A stretch of DNA of 64,000 nt from Candidatus Eiseniibacteriota bacterium (GTDB taxonomy: Bacteria > Eisenbacteria > RBG-16-71-46): NCBI GenBank assembly GCA_963725865.1, contig CAVSAC010000012.1:768001-832000 (forward strand). Direction: 5' to 3'. A program made the position numbers and the translations under genes. This document shows positions 48,253-58,488 of this stretch, piece by piece; position 1 is the first letter of the stretch, and each line of letters starts with the position of its first letter. The notes below the pieces were generated by a model. The model had not been told where the DNA came from. It worked only from the letters and a program-made list of their open reading frames with translations, and searched no databases.

Positions 48253-48358
48253 CCGCGGCCAGCGCCGGGCAGCGGAGCACGTCGCCGTTGGGACGGCCCG
48301 CGGCCGGCGCCGGGCAGCGGAGCACACCTCTGTGGCGACGGCCCGCAGCGAGCGCCGG
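48253..48358. repeat. 45-bp degenerate tandem repeat, about 2.3 copies
   Basis: ccgcggcc(a/g)gcgccgggcagcggagcac-N11-gacggc units at 48253, 48298 and a partial copy at 48343. Confidence 0.7.
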
Positions 48359-48519
48359 TGGAGACGCGATCATGGACGCGTTAGCCGGTGTCATTTTCAC
48401 TGACGTCCCACAGGCGCCCCCATGTGTTTCGGCGCCGCCCGGCGACTGTGCTAGCCTGCTGCCCCTTTCCAACCGCGGGCCCTGTGAGTCCCCGGGCCGC
48501 CCGACTGGAGGTCATTCAC

Positions 48520-51162
48520 ATGCGTCCTGGCGATCCCGCGGCCCTCGAACAGCCCTACGATCCGGGGCGGGTCGAAGCCCGCTGGTACGCCGTCTGGGAA
48601 GAGCGCGGGGTGTTCAAGCCCGCACCCGGCGGTGGCAAGCCGTTCGTCATCACCATCCCGCCTCCGAACGTGACCGGTTCGCTCACCATGGGGCACCTGC
48701 TGGGCGAGTCGATCCGCGACCTGATCGTGCGCTGGCAGCGCATGGAGGGGCGCGAGACGCTGTACGTGCCCGGCATGGACCACGCCGGCATCGCGACCCA
48801 GAACGTGGTCGAGAAGAAGCTGCGCGATGAGGGCCGCTCGCGCCACCAGCTCGGTCGCGAGGGCTTCCTCGCCGAGGTGTGGGCCTGGAAGGAGCAGTAC
48901 GGCGGGCTGATCTTTCGCCAGGAGCGCCGGCTCGGCACCACGCCCGACTGGACCCGCGAGCGCTTCACGCTCGACCCGGCCTACTCGCGCGCGGTGCTCG
49001 AGGTGTTCAAGCGCCTCTACGACAAGGGCCTCGTCTACCGCGGGCGCTACATCGTCAACTGGTGCCCGCGCTGCCTGACCGCGCTCTCCGACGAGGAGGT
49101 CGACCACGTCGACCGGGAGGGCAGCCTCTGGTACCTGAAGTACCCGATCAAGGATTCCGACAAGTTCGTCACCGTGGCGACCACGCGGCCCGAGACCATG
49201 CTCGGCGACACCGCGGTGGCGGTGAGCCCCAAGGACCGCCGCTACGCCAAGCTGGTGGGGAAGACCGTCATCCTCCCGCTGATGCGCCGCGAGATTCCGA
49301 TCATTGCCGACGAGATGGTGGACCCCAAGTTCGGCACCGGCGCGGTCAAGGTCACGCCCGCGCACGACCCGAACGACTTCCAGACCGGGCAGCGCCACGG
49401 CCTTCCCGAGCTCGTGGTGATCGACGAGCAAGGTGTCATGAACGAGAACGCCGGCGACTTCCGCGGCCTCGACCGGTTCGAGGCGCGCAAACGCATCGTG
49501 GACGCGTTGCGCGATGCCGGCTACCTCGAGAAGACCGAGCCGTACGCGCTGTCGGTCGGCACCTGCTCGCGGTGCGGGACGATCATCGAGCCCTACCTGT
49601 CGTGGCAGTGGTTCGTGAAGATGGCACCGCTCGCGGCACCCGCGATCGAGGCCGCCAAGCGCGGCAAGGTGAAGTTCTTCCCGTCGCGCTACAAGCGCGT
49701 GTACCTGCACTGGCTCGAGAACATCCGCGACTGGTGCATCTCGCGCCAGCTGTGGTGGGGCCATCGCATCCCGGTGTGGTACCGCGGCGACGAAATGGTG
49801 GTGTCGGTGGATCCGCCGGCGGGCGAGGGCTGGCGCCAGGACGAGGACGTGCTCGACACGTGGTTCTCGTCGTGGCTGTGGCCGTTCGCGACGCTCGGCT
49901 GGCCCGACGACACGGAGGACCTGCGCCGCTACTACCCGAACAGCCTGATGGTCACGGGCGCCGACATCCTCTTCTTCTGGGTCGCGCGCATGATCATGGC
50001 CGGCTACGAGTTCCTCGGCGACGGCCCGTTCCCGCACGTCCTCTTCACCGCGATCGTGCGCGACGGGCAGGGCCGTAAGATGTCCAAGTCGCTCGGCAAC
50101 TCGCCGGATCCGCTCGAGATGCTCGACCGCTACGGCGCCGACGCGATCCGCTTCACGATGATCTACCTGACGCCGACCGGGCAGGACCTGCTGTTCGACG
50201 AGAAGCGGCTGGAGACCGGCAAGTTCTTCGCGAACAAGATCTGGAACGCGGCCAAGCTGGTCCAGATGCGGCTCGGCGACGAGAACGTGGGGGCGATCAA
50301 GGAGTCGCAGCTACGCCTGACGCTGGCCGACCGCTGGATCCTGTCGCGCTACGCGAACGCCGTGAAGGACATCTCGCGCAATCTCAAGACCTACCGCCTC
50401 AACGAGGCGGCGAACGCCATCTACCACTTCGCGTGGAACGACTTCTGCGACTGGTACCTCGAGATGGCGAAGCCGCGCTGGACCGAGACCGCCGACCCGG
50501 CCGATCGCCGCACGGCGCGCTGGGTGGCGTGGAAGGTGCTCGACGGCATCCTGCGGCTGCTGCATCCATTCATGCCGTTCATGACCGAGGAGGTCTGGCA
50601 GGCGCTGCCGCACGAGGGCGAGCTGCTGGCGACCGCGGCGTGGCCGAAGGCGAAGAAGGCGTGGTTCGACGCCGACGCCGAGCGCCAGGTGGCGTTCCTG
50701 CAGGCGCTGGTGGTGGCGGTGAGGAATCTGCGCGTCGAGGCGAAGATCGCACCCGGCAAGGCCGTGCCCGTGGTGGTCCGCGGTACCGCGGCGCAGCTCG
50801 AACTGGTCGAGCGACTCAAGGACCAGCTGGAGCCGCTGGCGCGCATCGAGACGCTGACCGTGGCGCGCGACGGCCAGCGCCCGTCGGTCGCGGCCTCGAC
50901 GGTGGTGGACGGCGCCGAGGTGTTCCTGCCGCTCGAGGGCCTGGTGAACGTCGACGAGGAGCGGGCGCGCCTCGCCAAGGAGGCCGGCCGCCTGCTCGAG
51001 GATCTCGAGAACGTGAAGAAGAAGCTCCGCAACCAGGACTTCCTCGCCAAGGCCAAGACCGAGGTGGTGGAGCGCGAGCGCACCCGCCTCGCCCGGCTCG
51101 AGGAGCACCTCGAGAAGCTGCAGCGCATGCAGTCGAGCCTGCGCGAACGCGCGGGCTCCTGA
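48520..51162 (+). CDS. valS: Valine--tRNA ligase
   Basis: PPPNVTG, DHAGIATQ, ATTRPET, DWCISRQLWWGH, KMSKS, C-terminal coiled coil; GGAGG SD. Confidence 0.97.
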   Translation: MRPGDPAALEQPYDPGRVEARWYAVWEERGVFKPAPGGGKPFVITIPPPNVTGSLTMGHLLGESIRDLIVRWQRMEGRETLYVPGMDHAGIATQNVVEKKLRDEGRSRHQLGREGFLAEVWAWKEQYGGLIFRQERRLGTTPDWTRERFTLDPAYSRAVLEVFKRLYDKGLVYRGRYIVNWCPRCLTALSDEEVDHVDREGSLWYLKYPIKDSDKFVTVATTRPETMLGDTAVAVSPKDRRYAKLVGKTVILPLMRREIPIIADEMVDPKFGTGAVKVTPAHDPNDFQTGQRHGLPELVVIDEQGVMNENAGDFRGLDRFEARKRIVDALRDAGYLEKTEPYALSVGTCSRCGTIIEPYLSWQWFVKMAPLAAPAIEAAKRGKVKFFPSRYKRVYLHWLENIRDWCISRQLWWGHRIPVWYRGDEMVVSVDPPAGEGWRQDEDVLDTWFSSWLWPFATLGWPDDTEDLRRYYPNSLMVTGADILFFWVARMIMAGYEFLGDGPFPHVLFTAIVRDGQGRKMSKSLGNSPDPLEMLDRYGADAIRFTMIYLTPTGQDLLFDEKRLETGKFFANKIWNAAKLVQMRLGDENVGAIKESQLRLTLADRWILSRYANAVKDISRNLKTYRLNEAANAIYHFAWNDFCDWYLEMAKPRWTETADPADRRTARWVAWKVLDGILRLLHPFMPFMTEEVWQALPHEGELLATAAWPKAKKAWFDADAERQVAFLQALVVAVRNLRVEAKIAPGKAVPVVVRGTAAQLELVERLKDQLEPLARIETLTVARDGQRPSVAASTVVDGAEVFLPLEGLVNVDEERARLAKEAGRLLEDLENVKKKLRNQDFLAKAKTEVVERERTRLARLEEHLEKLQRMQSSLRERAGS

Positions 51163-51205
51163 GGGCCCGAGTCGCGCGCTTGGTCGTGCTCCCGTGGGCG
51201 CGCGC

Positions 51206-52018
51206 TCAGGGTGCGGCGGGGGGCGGCGACAGACGCGCCGCCCACTGCGCCTCGACGGCCGCCATGTCCTCGGCGGCGTAGTAGGCGGCGGCCGCCTCGC
51301 GCATGCCCGGCCGGGTGTAGACGTCGGCGCGCGGATGCTCGATCAGGTCCACGATCACCGCCGCGACCTCGTCGGCCGACTGGGCGCCTGGAATCCTGCG
51401 CGAGTCGAGGCCACCGCCGATCGCGCGCGCGCCGAACATCGTCGCGACCACGCCGGGCGAGACGGTCGAGACGTGGATCCCCGGGTAGCCCTCGCGCAGT
51501 TCCAGTCGCAGGCATCCGGTGAGGGCGTTGAGCGCGTGCTTCGAGGCGCAGTACGCCGAGCGCGTCATCGCGAACGGGATGCGCCCCAGCATCGAGGACA
51601 CGTTGATGAGGTGCCCGCGGCCGCGCGACTGGAAATGGGGCAGCACGGCCTGCATCCCGTAGAGCGCTGACTTGAGGTTCACCAGCATCATCTCGTCGAC
51701 GTCCTCGTCGGTGAGCGCGCTCACGGGGCGGGTGATGCCGCGCCCGGCGTTGTTGACCCAGACGTCGACGCAGCCGAAGCGCTCGAGCGCGGCGGCCAGG
51801 ATCCGCTGCACGTCCGCACGCCGGGTCACGTCGGCGACCACCACGAGTGCATCATGGCCGGCGCGTGCGGCGACCTCCCGCAGCTCGCGCTCGCGGCGCG
51901 CGGCGAGCACCACACGCGCGCCGCGAGCGGCCGCGAGCTGAGCGAGCGCGGCGCCGATGCCATCGCTGGCGCCGGTGACGACGACGACCTGATCGAGCGG
52001 GGTGGAAGGAGTCGACAC
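51206..52018 (-). CDS. Short-chain dehydrogenase/reductase
   Basis: VTGASDGIG, NNAG, NVSS, YCASK. Confidence 0.9.
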   Translation of the reverse strand: MSTPSTPLDQVVVVTGASDGIGAALAQLAAARGARVVLAARRERELREVAARAGHDALVVVADVTRRADVQRILAAALERFGCVDVWVNNAGRGITRPVSALTDEDVDEMMLVNLKSALYGMQAVLPHFQSRGRGHLINVSSMLGRIPFAMTRSAYCASKHALNALTGCLRLELREGYPGIHVSTVSPGVVATMFGARAIGGGLDSRRIPGAQSADEVAAVIVDLIEHPRADVYTRPGMREAAAAYYAAEDMAAVEAQWAARLSPPPAAP

Positions 52019-52411
52019 GGGGAGGACCTCCGGAGGTTCGAGCCTGGCTTCGAATCGGACGCACGTGCGCGAGGATAGCCTCGCGCGGCCCGGCTCCGCT
52101 CGCGGCGGCCCGTACGCCGGCGCCGCGAGCGGACCACCCCGCTCGCGCGCGGCCGCAGCCCGCCCGCACCGGTGCGGAGTCGGGGCGCGGCTGCGGACGC
52201 AGGAATCATGTCGCCCATCGCATTCAACATCGCGACGAACGTCTTGGCGTGCCGAGCGTTGGCGGTCGTACCCGGGAGGCATGCCGCCCCGCGCGCTCCG
52301 ACGATCTGGAGCGCGCGGGGAAACTCCGCGGACATCCGCCGCGTAGTCGATCGCGTCCGTCTCCATGCCCGATCCGCCGCTGCTCCCGCCGTCGCTCCCG
52401 GAGGTGCGCCG

Positions 52412-54178
52412 ATGCGCTTCGCCGCCGTCCCCGCCGTCCGTTTGCACCGCGCCCTCCAGCGAACGGCGCTGGCGCTCGCCGCCCTCGTGCTGGGGGCGAC
52501 GATCGCGCGCGCGTCCGCAGCCCGCGATCACTGGGCGCCGGCGGCCACCGCCGTCGAGATGCCGGTCGTGGTCGCCCTCGACGACACCGCGCGGGTGCGG
52601 CGCTGGCGGGAGGACCTACACGCGGTGACCGATCGCGTCCTCGCGGTGCACCCGCGGCCGTTCGCTTTCTCGCCGCGAGCCGCGTTCGACTCGGCCGCGG
52701 TCGCGATCGAGGCCGGTATCCCGCGGACGCCGGACCGGGTGATCGCGGTGGAGATCATGCGCATGGTCGCGCTGCTCCAGGACGGGCACACGATGGCCGT
52801 CGGCACGCTGCCCGCGCTCGGGTTCACGTCGGTGCTGCCGCTGTGGCTCCGACCGTGCGAGGACGGCCTGTTCGTCGCGGCTGCCGGACCCGAGTACGCG
52901 CGCCTCGTGGGAGCGCGCGTGGTGCGGATCGGCCCGCTGCCCGCACCGCAGGCGCTCGAGCGCGTGATGAGCGCGACCAGCGGGGACAACCGCTACACGC
53001 GGCTCGACCGCGCACCCCTGTTCCTGATGATGCCGCAGGCGCTGCAGGCGCTCGGAGTGGTCGCCGATCCGGATCAAGTCGCGCTCGAGCTCGAGTGGGC
53101 CCCCGGTCGGAGCGAGCGCGTGACCGTCGCGGGCGGGGCGCCACCGGCGGGATTCCCGGAGGCGTTCCTCGAGAGCGAGCCGCAATTCCCCGCCGGCTGG
53201 GCAAGTGCGCGGCGAATCCCGCCGGGCGGCCTGCCGCGCTGCGACCGCCGTCCCGCCGACGCGTGGTGGTACGAGTATCTGCCGGAGGCGCGGGTGATGT
53301 ACCTGCGGATACGCCGCGTCGAGCCCGTCTCGCGGGACTCCGCGGTAGCGGACTTCTACCGCCGGATGTTCGCCGAGCTCGATCGCCTGCGGCCGGCGGG
53401 GCTGGTGATCGACCTGCGCCAGGACCACGGTGGCAACAACACCATCCTCGACGTGCTGGTGCGCGGGATCGTCCAGCGCCCGTGGCTCGATCGCGATGGA
53501 TCGCTGTTCGCGCTCATCGACCGCGGCGTGTTCTCGGCCGCGATGAACGCGGCGGTGTTCCTCGAGGACCGGACCCAGGTGACGTTCGTGGGGGAGCCCA
53601 CCGGCGGCCGGCCCAACCACTACGGTGATGCGCCCGAACGCACCACGCCGAACTTCGGGATGATGTTCCAAGTCTCCACCCTGCCATGGATGTCGCGCGA
53701 TCCGTCGGACGCGCGCGAGTGGATCGCCCCCGCGATCGCGGTCCCTTCGACGTTCGCGCGCTGGCGCGACGGCGGTGACCCGGCACTGGACGCCGCGCTC
53801 GATGCGATCGCCCACGGCACGCTGACCTCACGCGCGCTCGCAGCCGCCCGGCGCGGCGGGGCCGACGCGGTGGTGGCCGAGTGCGAGGCGTGGACGCGGC
53901 AACACGTGGATCCGTGGGGGGGCTCCGGTGCGCCCGAACTGCGGGGGCTGACCGAGCGGCTGCTTGACGAGGGCGAGCGCGCGGACGCGGTGATCGTGGG
54001 TGAGGCGTGGAGCCGGCTCGAGCCTCGCTCGGGCTACGCGTGGTCGCGCCTCGCGCAGGCGTACCTGAGGGTCGGTGACCGCGTCCATGCGGCGCAGAGC
54101 CTGCGCAAGGTGCTCGAGCTGTACCCGAACGCCGGCTTCGCCCGCCGGATGCTGGAGAGCCTCGGCGAAAAGCCGTAG
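52412..54178 (+). CDS. Secreted S41-like peptidase with C-terminal TPR
   Basis: LQDGHT, VIDLRQDHGGN, FSAA, VGEPTGG; TPR-like C-terminus; N-terminal signal-like segment. Confidence 0.7.
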   Translation: MRFAAVPAVRLHRALQRTALALAALVLGATIARASAARDHWAPAATAVEMPVVVALDDTARVRRWREDLHAVTDRVLAVHPRPFAFSPRAAFDSAAVAIEAGIPRTPDRVIAVEIMRMVALLQDGHTMAVGTLPALGFTSVLPLWLRPCEDGLFVAAAGPEYARLVGARVVRIGPLPAPQALERVMSATSGDNRYTRLDRAPLFLMMPQALQALGVVADPDQVALELEWAPGRSERVTVAGGAPPAGFPEAFLESEPQFPAGWASARRIPPGGLPRCDRRPADAWWYEYLPEARVMYLRIRRVEPVSRDSAVADFYRRMFAELDRLRPAGLVIDLRQDHGGNNTILDVLVRGIVQRPWLDRDGSLFALIDRGVFSAAMNAAVFLEDRTQVTFVGEPTGGRPNHYGDAPERTTPNFGMMFQVSTLPWMSRDPSDAREWIAPAIAVPSTFARWRDGGDPALDAALDAIAHGTLTSRALAAARRGGADAVVAECEAWTRQHVDPWGGSGAPELRGLTERLLDEGERADAVIVGEAWSRLEPRSGYAWSRLAQAYLRVGDRVHAAQSLRKVLELYPNAGFARRMLESLGEKP

Positions 54179-54228
54179 ACGCGGGACGCGTGAGCGGGCA
54201 GCCGGTTCGCTGCCCGCAGCTCGATGCC

Positions 54229-55704
54229 TCAGGCCGCAGTGCTCGGAGCGTGTAGGACCCTGTGCGAACCGTGGGGCGCCACGCTCCTGAGCGCCACGCG
54301 CACCCGGGCCTCGAGCGGACTGTCATCGGGCATGTCGGCGCACGGCGCCGCCGCGCGGCGCGCGTCCTCGATGTTGACCCCGAGGGCGCGCAGCCATGGG
54401 AGGACCTCTTCCACGCGTGCCCGAGCGGCGGCCGCACGCTCGCGCTCGAGTGACCGCGCGACGTCGCGCGCCCCGGCGGCCTCGTGCTCGCGAGCCTGGG
54501 CCACTTCGCGCGCGCGGACCTCGGCGGCCGCGCGCGCCATTGCGGCCTCGCGATCGTGGGCCTGCGCCGCCTCGCGCGCACGCGCCACAGCGACGTCGCG
54601 CGATTCCGCCGAGCGACGCCGCGCTGCGTCGCGCTGGTTGCGCATGAACTCGGCGCCGTACGCGCGCTCGGCATCGAGCTGGTTGTGGGCCCGGCACCGC
54701 AGGCGCAGGCCCCCGACGGTCGCCCGCCCGCCGCGTGCGAACGGCTCGACGTGATCGAACTCCAGCCGGGCTCGGGTCTCGCATTGATGACCGTTGTCGC
54801 CCACGAACGAGCACCGTCCACCGTCGCGCTGCCAGACCATGCGGCGGATCTCGGCGGGCACATAACGAGTATCGGCCGCGCGACGCGGGCGGCTCGGGCG
54901 CTGGCGCGCGCTGCGCGCGAAGCGACGCTGCTCGAGCTTGGCGATCAACGCGTCCAGCGCGCGATCCAGCACCTGAGCCAGGTCGCCCGAAGGCACGGCG
55001 TGCCCGAGCAACGCCTGCGCATAGCGCAGCTTGTCCTGGGTGGCCTGCGTGATCGTGACCTGCAACGCGACCTTGCCCGGCGAGAGCGGCGTGAGCTTGG
55101 CGCGCGAGTCCGAATCCTGAGCATGCCCCGGAGCATGCTGAGTCGCGGGCGCTGCGATTGGCGCTGGCGCCAGCAGGCCGCGATCTGCGCTCGACGGCTC
55201 CAACACATGTTCAGGCTCGGTCAAAATCACACGCCCCGGGGCGTGTTGTTCTTCACTTTCACAAGCAGCGAGCGGCGCCACGAGAGTCGGCACATCCGGC
55301 CGCGGGAAGCGCTCGGCCAGCAGTCGCTCGATCGCGATCTTGGACTGGCTCGCGCTGGCGGCCAGCAACTCGTTGGCATTCTCCGGCGAGAGATGCGGTG
55401 CCAGCAGGATCACGCCGCTCAGGTTCAGCCGGCCGTCGGCGAGCATTGGGAAGACGGCCGGGAACTGCCGCGCGACGCGGGCGGCATGGATGCGCTTGAA
55501 CGCGGCTTCTTCCGACAGCTTCAGCTCGCCCACGCACCACGCGTACATGGATGGGTATCCCGCCGGCAGGCACAGCCTGCGAGCATCGACCTCGGCCAGG
55601 TGCGCCAGCATCGCGGCGGTGGTGGTGCGGTCCTGGGCAACCAGGGCAGTCAGTTCGCGCAGCAGGACGTGGTCGGAGAGATGCGACAGTGCGTAGGTCT
55701 TCAT
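54229..55704 (-). CDS. DUF222-like/HNH endonuclease protein (13E12-like putative selfish element)
   Basis: LAHLAEVDARRL..GYPSMYAWC; RYVPAEIRRMVWQRDGGRC..C..LEFDH..FARGG..LRCRAHN; lower GC3 in the middle. Confidence 0.8.
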   Translation of the reverse strand: MKTYALSHLSDHVLLRELTALVAQDRTTTAAMLAHLAEVDARRLCLPAGYPSMYAWCVGELKLSEEAAFKRIHAARVARQFPAVFPMLADGRLNLSGVILLAPHLSPENANELLAASASQSKIAIERLLAERFPRPDVPTLVAPLAACESEEQHAPGRVILTEPEHVLEPSSADRGLLAPAPIAAPATQHAPGHAQDSDSRAKLTPLSPGKVALQVTITQATQDKLRYAQALLGHAVPSGDLAQVLDRALDALIAKLEQRRFARSARQRPSRPRRAADTRYVPAEIRRMVWQRDGGRCSFVGDNGHQCETRARLEFDHVEPFARGGRATVGGLRLRCRAHNQLDAERAYGAEFMRNQRDAARRRSAESRDVAVARAREAAQAHDREAAMARAAAEVRAREVAQAREHEAAGARDVARSLERERAAAARARVEEVLPWLRALGVNIEDARRAAAPCADMPDDSPLEARVRVALRSVAPHGSHRVLHAPSTAA

Positions 55705-55967
55705 CACGGGACTCCGCTTCGGGGGCAGAGTCGCGGGGGCACTCTCTACTTCATAGCAGGCGTGTCTGCGGCGCTCGTGCTCGCGACGCCGCCGCACATC
55801 GGGGCGCGGCACGACACGAAATGGCCTGGCGCCGGTTCGCCGATCTCCACGCGCACGCCGCGCGCCCTGATGCGCGATCTGCACGCGGGCGGTGAGGTGG
55901 TGACGGTGGGGGGGCCGAACCGCGTCAAGAGGATTCGCATCGACTGCCGCGGCCCGCGCCCCCTCGC

Positions 55968-58085
55968 TCAGGGCGTCGCGCGCGCCGCGCCCGCTCCGGG
56001 TGCGCCGAGGTGCTTCCACAGGAACGTGTAGCCCAGCGCGCTCATGAACGCGCGCTGCTGGTTGTTCGCGGAGCCCGCGTGGCCGCCCTCGACGTTCTCG
56101 TAGTAGAGGACCTCGTGCCCCTGCTGCTCCAGCCGGTACACCATTCGACGCGCGTGGCCCGGGTGCACGCGGTCGTCGCGCGTGGAGCTGGTGAACAGCG
56201 TGGGCGGATACTTCGCGTCGGCCCGCACGTTCTGATAGGGCGAGAACGTGCGGATGAATGACCACTGCTGCGGATCGTCGGGATCGCCGTACTCCTCCAT
56301 CCACGAGGCGCCCGCCAGCAGCTTGTGATAGCGCTGCATGTCGAGCAGCGGGGACTCGCACACGATCGCGCCGAACAGATCGGGCCGCATGGTCAGCATG
56401 TTGCCCACCAGCAGGCCGCCGTTCGACGCGCCCTCGCAGCCGAGGTGCGGCGGGCTCGTGACCTTGCGCTTCACCAGGTCCTCGGCGACCGCGATGAAGT
56501 CCTCGTACGCGCGCGGCCGATTCGCCTTGACCGCCGCCTGGTGCCACCGCGGTCCGAACTCGCCGCCGCCGCGGATGTTCGCGACCACCAGCACCCCGCC
56601 GCGCTCGATCCAGCCGCTGCCCTGCACCCCGCTGTAGGCCGGCAGCGAGGGGATCTCGAAGCCGCCGTAGCCGGTGAGCAGCGTGGGCGCGGTGCCGTCG
56701 AGGCGCAGGTCCCTCGGCGCCACCTCGAAGTAAGGGACGCGCGTGCCGTCCTTCGAGACGGCCTCGTGCTGGCTCACCACGTCGCGGCTGCCGTCGAAGA
56801 AGGTCGGCGATCGCTTGAGCCTCTCGGGAGCGCCGGCGCCGGCCGCGCCGAGGTAGTACCCGGTGGGGGTGAGGAAGTCGGTGATGGTCATCCAGTAGTC
56901 GTCCGAGGTGCGCGAGTCGACCGCGTACGCGCTGATGTTCCCGAACTCGGGCACGCCGGGGATCGCCGTGCGCGTCCAGCGGCCGCCGTCGGGGCGCAGC
57001 GTGTAGATCCGACTGCGCACGTTGTCGAGCACGTTCAGCAGGACCGCGCTCTTCGTGGCGGAGAACCCGGCCAGCGACGTGCGCTCGGTGGGCTGGAACA
57101 GCACCTTCAGCTCGCGCTTCCCAGCGAGGAAGTCGTCGAAGCGCGCCGCGACCAGCGCCCCGGCGGGATACGTGGTGCCGCCGACCCTCCAGTCGGTTCG
57201 CAGCTGGACGAGCAGCCAGTCGCGCCACGCGAAGGCCTCCGCGTCGTCCGGCTTGTCGACGCGGATCAACCGTCCGTCGCGACGCAGGAACTCCTCGTTC
57301 GTGAACGTGGTGATGCCCCGATAGACGAAGTCCCGCTCGAAGCCCGGCGTGTCGTCGTGTCCGGCGGAGATCCACACGTCTTCCGGCTTGCCCTCGTAGA
57401 CCGGCGTCGCCGCCGCCAGCGGCGTGCCCCGCTTCCACTCCTTCACCACGCGCGGGTAGCCGGACTGGGTCATGGTGGAGGAGTCGAACGCCACCGCGAC
57501 GTACGCACGATCGCGATCGATCCAATGCAGCTCGCTCTTCGATTCCGGCAGCGAGAAGCCGTCGGCCACGAAGGTCTTGCTCACCAGGTCGAACTCGCGG
57601 ACCACGGCGGCATCCGCGCCGCCGCGCGAGAGCGAGATCAGGCAGCGGGTGTAGTCGGGCGCCAGCGCGTCGGCGCCCGACCAGTTCCAGTTCGCGTTCT
57701 CCGCGGCGCCGAGCGCGTCGAGATCGAGCACCGTCTCCCAGGCCGGCGCGTCCTTGCGGTACTCCGCGAGCGTCGTACGCCGCCACAGCCCGCGCGGGTG
57801 CTCGGCGTCGCGCCAGAAGTTGTAGTAGCGATCGCCAACACGGTTCACGTACGGGATGCGTTCCTTCGAGTCGAGGATGGCGAGGAGCCGGTCGGTCATC
57901 GCCTTGAACTCGGGCGACTGCGCGAGCGCGCGGGTCGACGCGCTGTCCTGCCGAGCGACCCATTCGAGCGCCGGCTGGCCGGTGACGTCCTCGAGCCAAA
58001 GGGCCGGATCGTCGGACGGCGGCGCGGCGTGGGAGGGGAGAGCGGCCAGCGTTGCGAGCAGGACCAGAGCGAGCAGGGTTCTCAT
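55968..58085 (-). CDS. Prolyl oligopeptidase (S9A), secreted
   Basis: Signal peptide, DPALWLE, SKDGTRVPY, GYGGF, NIRGGGEFG, GASNGG, DDRVHPGH, GGH. Confidence 0.93.
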   Translation of the reverse strand: MRTLLALVLLATLAALPSHAAPPSDDPALWLEDVTGQPALEWVARQDSASTRALAQSPEFKAMTDRLLAILDSKERIPYVNRVGDRYYNFWRDAEHPRGLWRRTTLAEYRKDAPAWETVLDLDALGAAENANWNWSGADALAPDYTRCLISLSRGGADAAVVREFDLVSKTFVADGFSLPESKSELHWIDRDRAYVAVAFDSSTMTQSGYPRVVKEWKRGTPLAAATPVYEGKPEDVWISAGHDDTPGFERDFVYRGITTFTNEEFLRRDGRLIRVDKPDDAEAFAWRDWLLVQLRTDWRVGGTTYPAGALVAARFDDFLAGKRELKVLFQPTERTSLAGFSATKSAVLLNVLDNVRSRIYTLRPDGGRWTRTAIPGVPEFGNISAYAVDSRTSDDYWMTITDFLTPTGYYLGAAGAGAPERLKRSPTFFDGSRDVVSQHEAVSKDGTRVPYFEVAPRDLRLDGTAPTLLTGYGGFEIPSLPAYSGVQGSGWIERGGVLVVANIRGGGEFGPRWHQAAVKANRPRAYEDFIAVAEDLVKRKVTSPPHLGCEGASNGGLLVGNMLTMRPDLFGAIVCESPLLDMQRYHKLLAGASWMEEYGDPDDPQQWSFIRTFSPYQNVRADAKYPPTLFTSSTRDDRVHPGHARRMVYRLEQQGHEVLYYENVEGGHAGSANNQQRAFMSALGYTFLWKHLGAPGAGAARATP

Positions 58086-58488
58086 CGGAGTCTCCGAGAC
58101 GGGCGTGGGCGCGACATCGCGCGAACTGTCTCAGACCGCCGGCACCCCCGACAATCCCGAGGACACGTGCCCGGGGTGCGCTGGTCGCGCGCCGCGCCGC
58201 GCTCGACGCGACGCGGCGGGCGGACCCGGTCCGCCCTGCCACGGACGGCGACTCCCGGACCCGCTCCGACCTCGTCTTGGTGCCACGCGAAGAGGTGATG
58301 CACGGCCACCGGCGACCGCCGGCCCTCCCCCGAAGGCCCGACAGACCGGCCCTCGCGCGGACCTCTGCTTGCATTGCGCGAAGTCGGGGCGGGATCCGTC
58401 ACCGGGTGCCCGTGAGGCGCCTTGAGGAGCCACCCCCCCGGTGGGGTTCCCGCGACAGCGAGCGGGACGGCGACCGCCACGGCGGCCG

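Noticed and set aside
48253..48358. Possible mini-CRISPR array
   Set aside because: Only about 2 degenerate units, variable part only 11 nt, and no cas genes in the window
48360..48519. T-box riboswitch upstream of valS
   Set aside because: No T-box consensus (AAGGTGGTACC-like) or terminator/antiterminator seen
54869..54897. GCCGATAC on the minus strand inside the HNH gene
   Set aside because: No -35 element at the N15 spacing, and it lies within coding sequence
54229..58374. 1381-aa ORF fusing HNH with upstream sequence
   Set aside because: The upstream part is an off-frame read of the prolyl oligopeptidase gene (Arg/Ala/Gly-rich shadow); the real gene starts near ATG 55704
58086..58488. 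400-bp intergenic region as a possible ncRNA or small gene
   Set aside because: Only generic GC hairpins; no recognisable RNA family motif or credible ORF
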